A DNA stretch of 63,308 nt, filler included, from Lenisia limosa (Eukaryota > Protista > Breviatea): NCBI GenBank assembly GCA_001655205.1. It is 13 parts of 13 records of this genome, joined end to end, with 100 filler letters (N's around TTAATTAATTAA, not from the genome) between each part and the next. Parts side by side here need not be neighbours in the genome. Positions count along the whole stretch, not along the records: positions 59,481 to 63,308 come from LPNZ01007482.1; 12 more parts are not named here. The stretch is one strand, 5' to 3'. A program made the position numbers and the translations under genes. Of this stretch, positions 59,481 through 63,308 are shown piece after piece. The notes below the pieces were generated by a model, which was not told where the DNA came from, did no database searches, and was given only the letters and a program-made list of their open reading frames with translations. Numbering within the stretch: the stretch's first letter is position 1; each line of letters opens with the position of its first letter.

Positions 59481-62171
59481 CTCAGTCCGGTCTCGACGTG
59501 TCAAAGGACCAATTGGCCCTCCAACGTCTTCGCGAGGCTGCAGAGAAGGCCAAGGTATGTGAGGGTGCCCAACAGTTATCAAACAAAAATATTCCGAAAT
59601 TAGCTCAGTTGCCTGAACATTTGAAAATACAGAATAAAACAAAACAAGATGGTGCGGGTTGATTAAAACACAGAATAAAACAAAACAAGATGGTGCGGGT
59701 AATTGCTTTCCTCATTGCAGCATACTTCAGACATATGACCCTCCCCCAGTGTGAGCTGTCCTCCACCATGACCACCGACATTAACCTGCCCTTCCTCACT
59801 GCTGACGCCTCCGGTCCCAAGCATCTCAACCTCAAGCTCTCTCGGTACCTGGGGGGGGGGGGGNNNNNNNNNNNNNNNNNNNNNNNNNNNNNNNNNNNNN
59901 NNNNNNNNNNNNNNNNNNNNNNNNNNNNNNNNNNNNNNNNNNNNNNNAACATGAGAATGGGCACAATATGGGGGTTTTCTTGCCCGTTTCTGTTGTCAGT
60001 TCTGACAGTGCAGTGCCAAGTTCGAAAGCCTCACTGATGACCTCATTGAAAGAACCGTTCAGCCCTGCCAGGTGGGGACTTGCTTCAATCCATGTGCTTC
60101 GTATTTAACAGTTTATAAATATAAGACAAGAAGGTGATATTTATGATTTCCAATAATTCCCATTCCCCCCCCAGAACGCCCTCAAGGATGCCGGTCTCTC
60201 CACCTCTGATGTCCACGAAGTTATCCTTGTATGTTTTTTTTTTATAAAAAAAAACAATTTCTATTTCCTATCTCATATTCTGTGCTGTTTGCTGGTTTCT
60301 TTACATCTGGTAGGTCGGAGGAATGAGCCGCATGCCCAAGGTCCAAGAGACCGTTGAGAAGATCTTTGGCAAGTCCCCCTTCAAGGTGCGGATGTTTGAT
60401 AATATGAGTACAAGCGATGATGATGTTTGAGACCCCTAACCCAGCAGGGAGTCAACCCTGACGAGGCTGTTGCTATGGGTGCGGCTATCCAGGCTGGTGT
60501 GCTCCAAGGTGATGTCAAGGTATNNNNNNNNNNNNNNNNNNNNNNNNNNNNNNNNNNNNNNNNNNNNNNNNNNNNNNNNNNNNNNNNNNNNNNNNNNNNN
60601 NNNNNNNNNNNNNNNNNNNNNNNNNNNNNNNNNNNNNNNNNNNNNNNNNNNTCACAAACTGTAGGACGTTCTCCTCCTCGATGTTACTTCCCTTTCCCTC
60701 GGTATTGAGACCCTCGGTGGTGTATTCCACCGCCTCATCCCCCGCAACACTACCATCCCCACCAAGGTGTGTGTCTTACTGCACTATTAATATCATATTA
60801 TATGATATCAGTTTGTGTATCAAGTTATCAAGATACCGTCTCGATTATTTCTCTTCACACCCTCTGCAGAAGTCCCAGGTATTCTCCACTGCCGCTGACG
60901 GTCAGAGCCAAGTCGAAATCAAGGTGTGTGTGAACTTGAGAAGAGTATCTTTTTTTTTATATGTAGTGTATCATATACTACTATATGATTTTTGTTGAGT
61001 TTCGTTGACTCCCCCCTCAGTCTTCCCTTCTGGTGCTATTTTGGATTATTGGTGTCTCGTTTTCAAAAATTGCGATATTCTTACCCCCCNNNNNNNNNNN
61101 NNNNNNNNNNNNNNNNNNNNNNNNNNNNNNNNNNNNNNNNNNNNNNNNNNNNNNNNNNNNNNNNNNNNNNNNNNNNNNNNNNNNNNNNNNNNNNNNNNNN
61201 NNNNNNNNNNNNNNNNNNNNNNNNNNNNNNNCGCCCCTCGCGGTGTCCCCCAAATCGAGGTCGCCTTCGACATCGACTCCAATGGTGCGAGGCCTGCTGA
61301 TGATATTATTGTGTACTTACCAAATATGGTATCCAACCGCAAGCACTCACCTTATAAGGTATCGTCAACGTCGGCGCCTCTGATAAGGCCACTGGCAAAG
61401 AGCAGCAGATCACTATCCAGTCTTCCGGAGGTAGGGGTTCAAATAATCTTATGTTTCAATGCTAACCTCCCAGGCCTTTCCGACGAAGAGATCAGCCAGA
61501 TGGTTCGCGACGCCGAGTCCAACCAGGAGAAGGACAGACAACGCAAGGACCTTGTCGAGGTTGGGGGGGGGGGGNNNNNNNNNNNNNNNNNNNNNNNNNN
61601 NNNNNNNNNNNNNNNNNNNNNNNNNNNNNNNNNNNNNNNNNNNNNNNNNNNNNNNNNNNNNNNNNNNNNNNNNNNNNNNNNNNNNNNNNNNNNNCCAAGA
61701 ACGGTGCCGAGTCAGTTGCATTTGAGACCGAAAAGGCACTCAACGACAACAAGGACGCCCTCACTGCCGAGGACGTTGCCAGACTCGAGGCTGAGATCAA
61801 GGTGGGGCGGGGGTGTTTTGCTTGCTCTTTTTAGTTGGATGCTTGTTGACGCTGCAGTCCTTCAAGGAGACCATGGAAAGCGCCCAGGCCGCCCAACAGA
61901 TCAAGGACGCCACCAACACCCTACAGCAGTCGTCTCTCAAGCTCTTCGAGATTGCCTACCGCAAGAAGGCTGGCATGAACGAAACCTCCACCCCCCAGGT
62001 TGGTGGTAATTTGGATACCGAAATACTATGTGGAGAGGAATATTGAAATTATTGGCGGAGGGCTCTTTTTGTTTGGGTTTGCTTGCTTCACGTGCTGTTG
62101 CACATTTCATCACATTTTAGGAGGAAGCCACCCCCGAGCCCGAGGCTGCCGAGGCTGAAACTTCCGAGTAA
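59481..62171 (+). CDS. HSPA9: Mitochondrial-type Hsp70 (DnaK family), 3' two-thirds, at least 13 introns
   Basis: Spliced: [13 protein letters not shown]|CELSS...[17 protein letters not shown]...[11 protein letters not shown]...[24 protein letters not shown]|DVLLLDV...[18 protein letters not shown]...[15 protein letters not shown]; ends TAA at 62169-62171. Confidence 0.93.
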
Positions 62172-62411
62172 AGTGTACTATTATTTTCTTGTGTCCCCTG
62201 GACTTTTTTCAATTCATTTCTTTTATCTAGACCTGATGTTTCAGTGTAAACCGTTTCTACACCCACGGATAAGACATCCATCACATATTACTCTGCATTT
62301 ATTGATGGGATGTATCAAAAATTAGACTATTGAAATATAAAACTCCGTAATGTGAAGTGAACAAACCATTGTACATTAGAACGAGTGAAGAAACAAAATA
62401 AAAAGGGTGAC

Positions 62412-63253
62412 CTACTGGACCTCTTTGTAGATCTAAATGATCAGAAAAAAAATACGGTTAAGATCATGCAAAACAGTTTTATACGTGCAAACCTTAATAG
62501 ACTTATCAGCATCACCAGTGATAAGTCGAGTGCCAGACATATCAAACTGTGAGCAGAAGACACCAGATTCCGACTCCAAACTTCCGGGCTAGGGGGGTGA
62601 AAGCCAGCCAAATATGGTCGTTGAAAATGTGCGACAAACGACGGCCAAATATCCCGTCTCAAATAAAAATACTGTTCCAAAATACGATAATATCTTTTTG
62701 GTTTTTGCTCATAATTGGCGAACCTGAGGAGGGGGCTTGACGGTACAGAAGTTGCTTCCTGTCTTCCAGTCCCAGAAGTTCAGCGAACCTTCATCACCTA
62801 TGTCGTCAACAAAGAAGAGGCGAGAAAAAAAAGAGTAAAAGGTGGTTTGCTAGATATTGTGAATCAACAACAGTCCGCCGCACCTCCAGACACGAGAACA
62901 TTATCGTGGTTGAGAGAAAGAGTATTGGTGACTGACACCTTGTTGTCGAAGTTGTGCAGGAATTGTCCCTGGGTTGTCAATATCATCAGAGTTATTGTTC
63001 ATATTCACTCAGAAACTCAAACAACTCAACAGACCGATGCAGCCGACACCAAAGGAAAGCAGCTTAATACAACACCAAACCAAGCCTACCGTCGGCAACT
63101 TCCACTTTTTGATGTTGTCGGCCGCGACGGAAGTGAAGGAGAACTCATTGGGATGGATCTTGACTGCTCTCACTCCCTTCTTGTGGTTGGTCAAAGTGGA
63201 CATGGCCGACGCCGTACGGATGTCCCACAGTTTGACCTGGCTGTCCATGGAGC
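62412..63253 (-). CDS. PLRG1: PLRG1/Prp46 WD40 splicing factor, 3' part
   Basis: [11 protein letters not shown]...[12 protein letters not shown]...DNIKKWKLP...WDWKTGSNF...[11 protein letters not shown]...[11 protein letters not shown]|IYKE; the final exon is uncertain. Confidence 0.9.
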
Positions 63254-63308
63254 CTGGGGGGAGTAAAATTGGAAAATTTATGAAACAAAAAAAGCCCAAA
63301 TCAACTCT
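63254..63308 (-). repeat. Family B repeat ending exactly at a PLRG1 acceptor
   Basis: agagttgatttgggctttttttgtttcataaattttccaattttactccccccag|[10 protein letters not shown]. Confidence 0.8.

Noticed and set aside
1-63308. Apparent clustering of trafficking genes (TRAPPC4, VPS11, WASHC4) and splicing genes (RS protein, PLRG1)
   Set aside because: They lie on different scaffolds joined by linkers, so adjacency is not biological.

Overview
Eukaryotic, intron-dense genomic DNA using the standard code and GT-AG introns, probably from a flagellated protist (CFAP47, WASH complex and mitochondrial-type Hsp70 are present). The window is not one locus. Twelve artificial 100-bp linkers (44 N + TTAATTAATTAA + 44 N) join 13 unrelated scaffolds, so gene adjacency across linkers means nothing. 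Recognisable, mostly truncated genes: EFL1, a zf-MYND protein, a WD40 protein, PP2A scaffold subunit A, an RS-domain protein, CFAP47, a giant coiled-coil protein, TRAPPC4 exon 1, VPS11, a decayed intron-containing pogo-type transposase, a Cys-rich EGF-like surface protein, WASHC4, mitochondrial Hsp70 and PLRG1. Introns are packed with small repeats: two Harbinger/Tourist-like MITE families, one Tc1/pogo-like MITE and several unclassified repeats. The most interesting signal is a dispersed repeat of about 60-130 bp whose C-run/G-run terminus keeps landing on splice sites: sense copies end at the 3' AG, antisense copies start at the 5' GT, and one 80-nt intron is almost entirely this repeat. This sits on a broader polarity of G-tracts after donors and C-tracts before acceptors, suggesting Introner-like intron shaping and possibly end-paired introns. 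A near-identical motif of about 34 bp is shared by two unrelated divergent promoters. All exon structures were read by eye without RNA data, and repeat boundaries are approximate.
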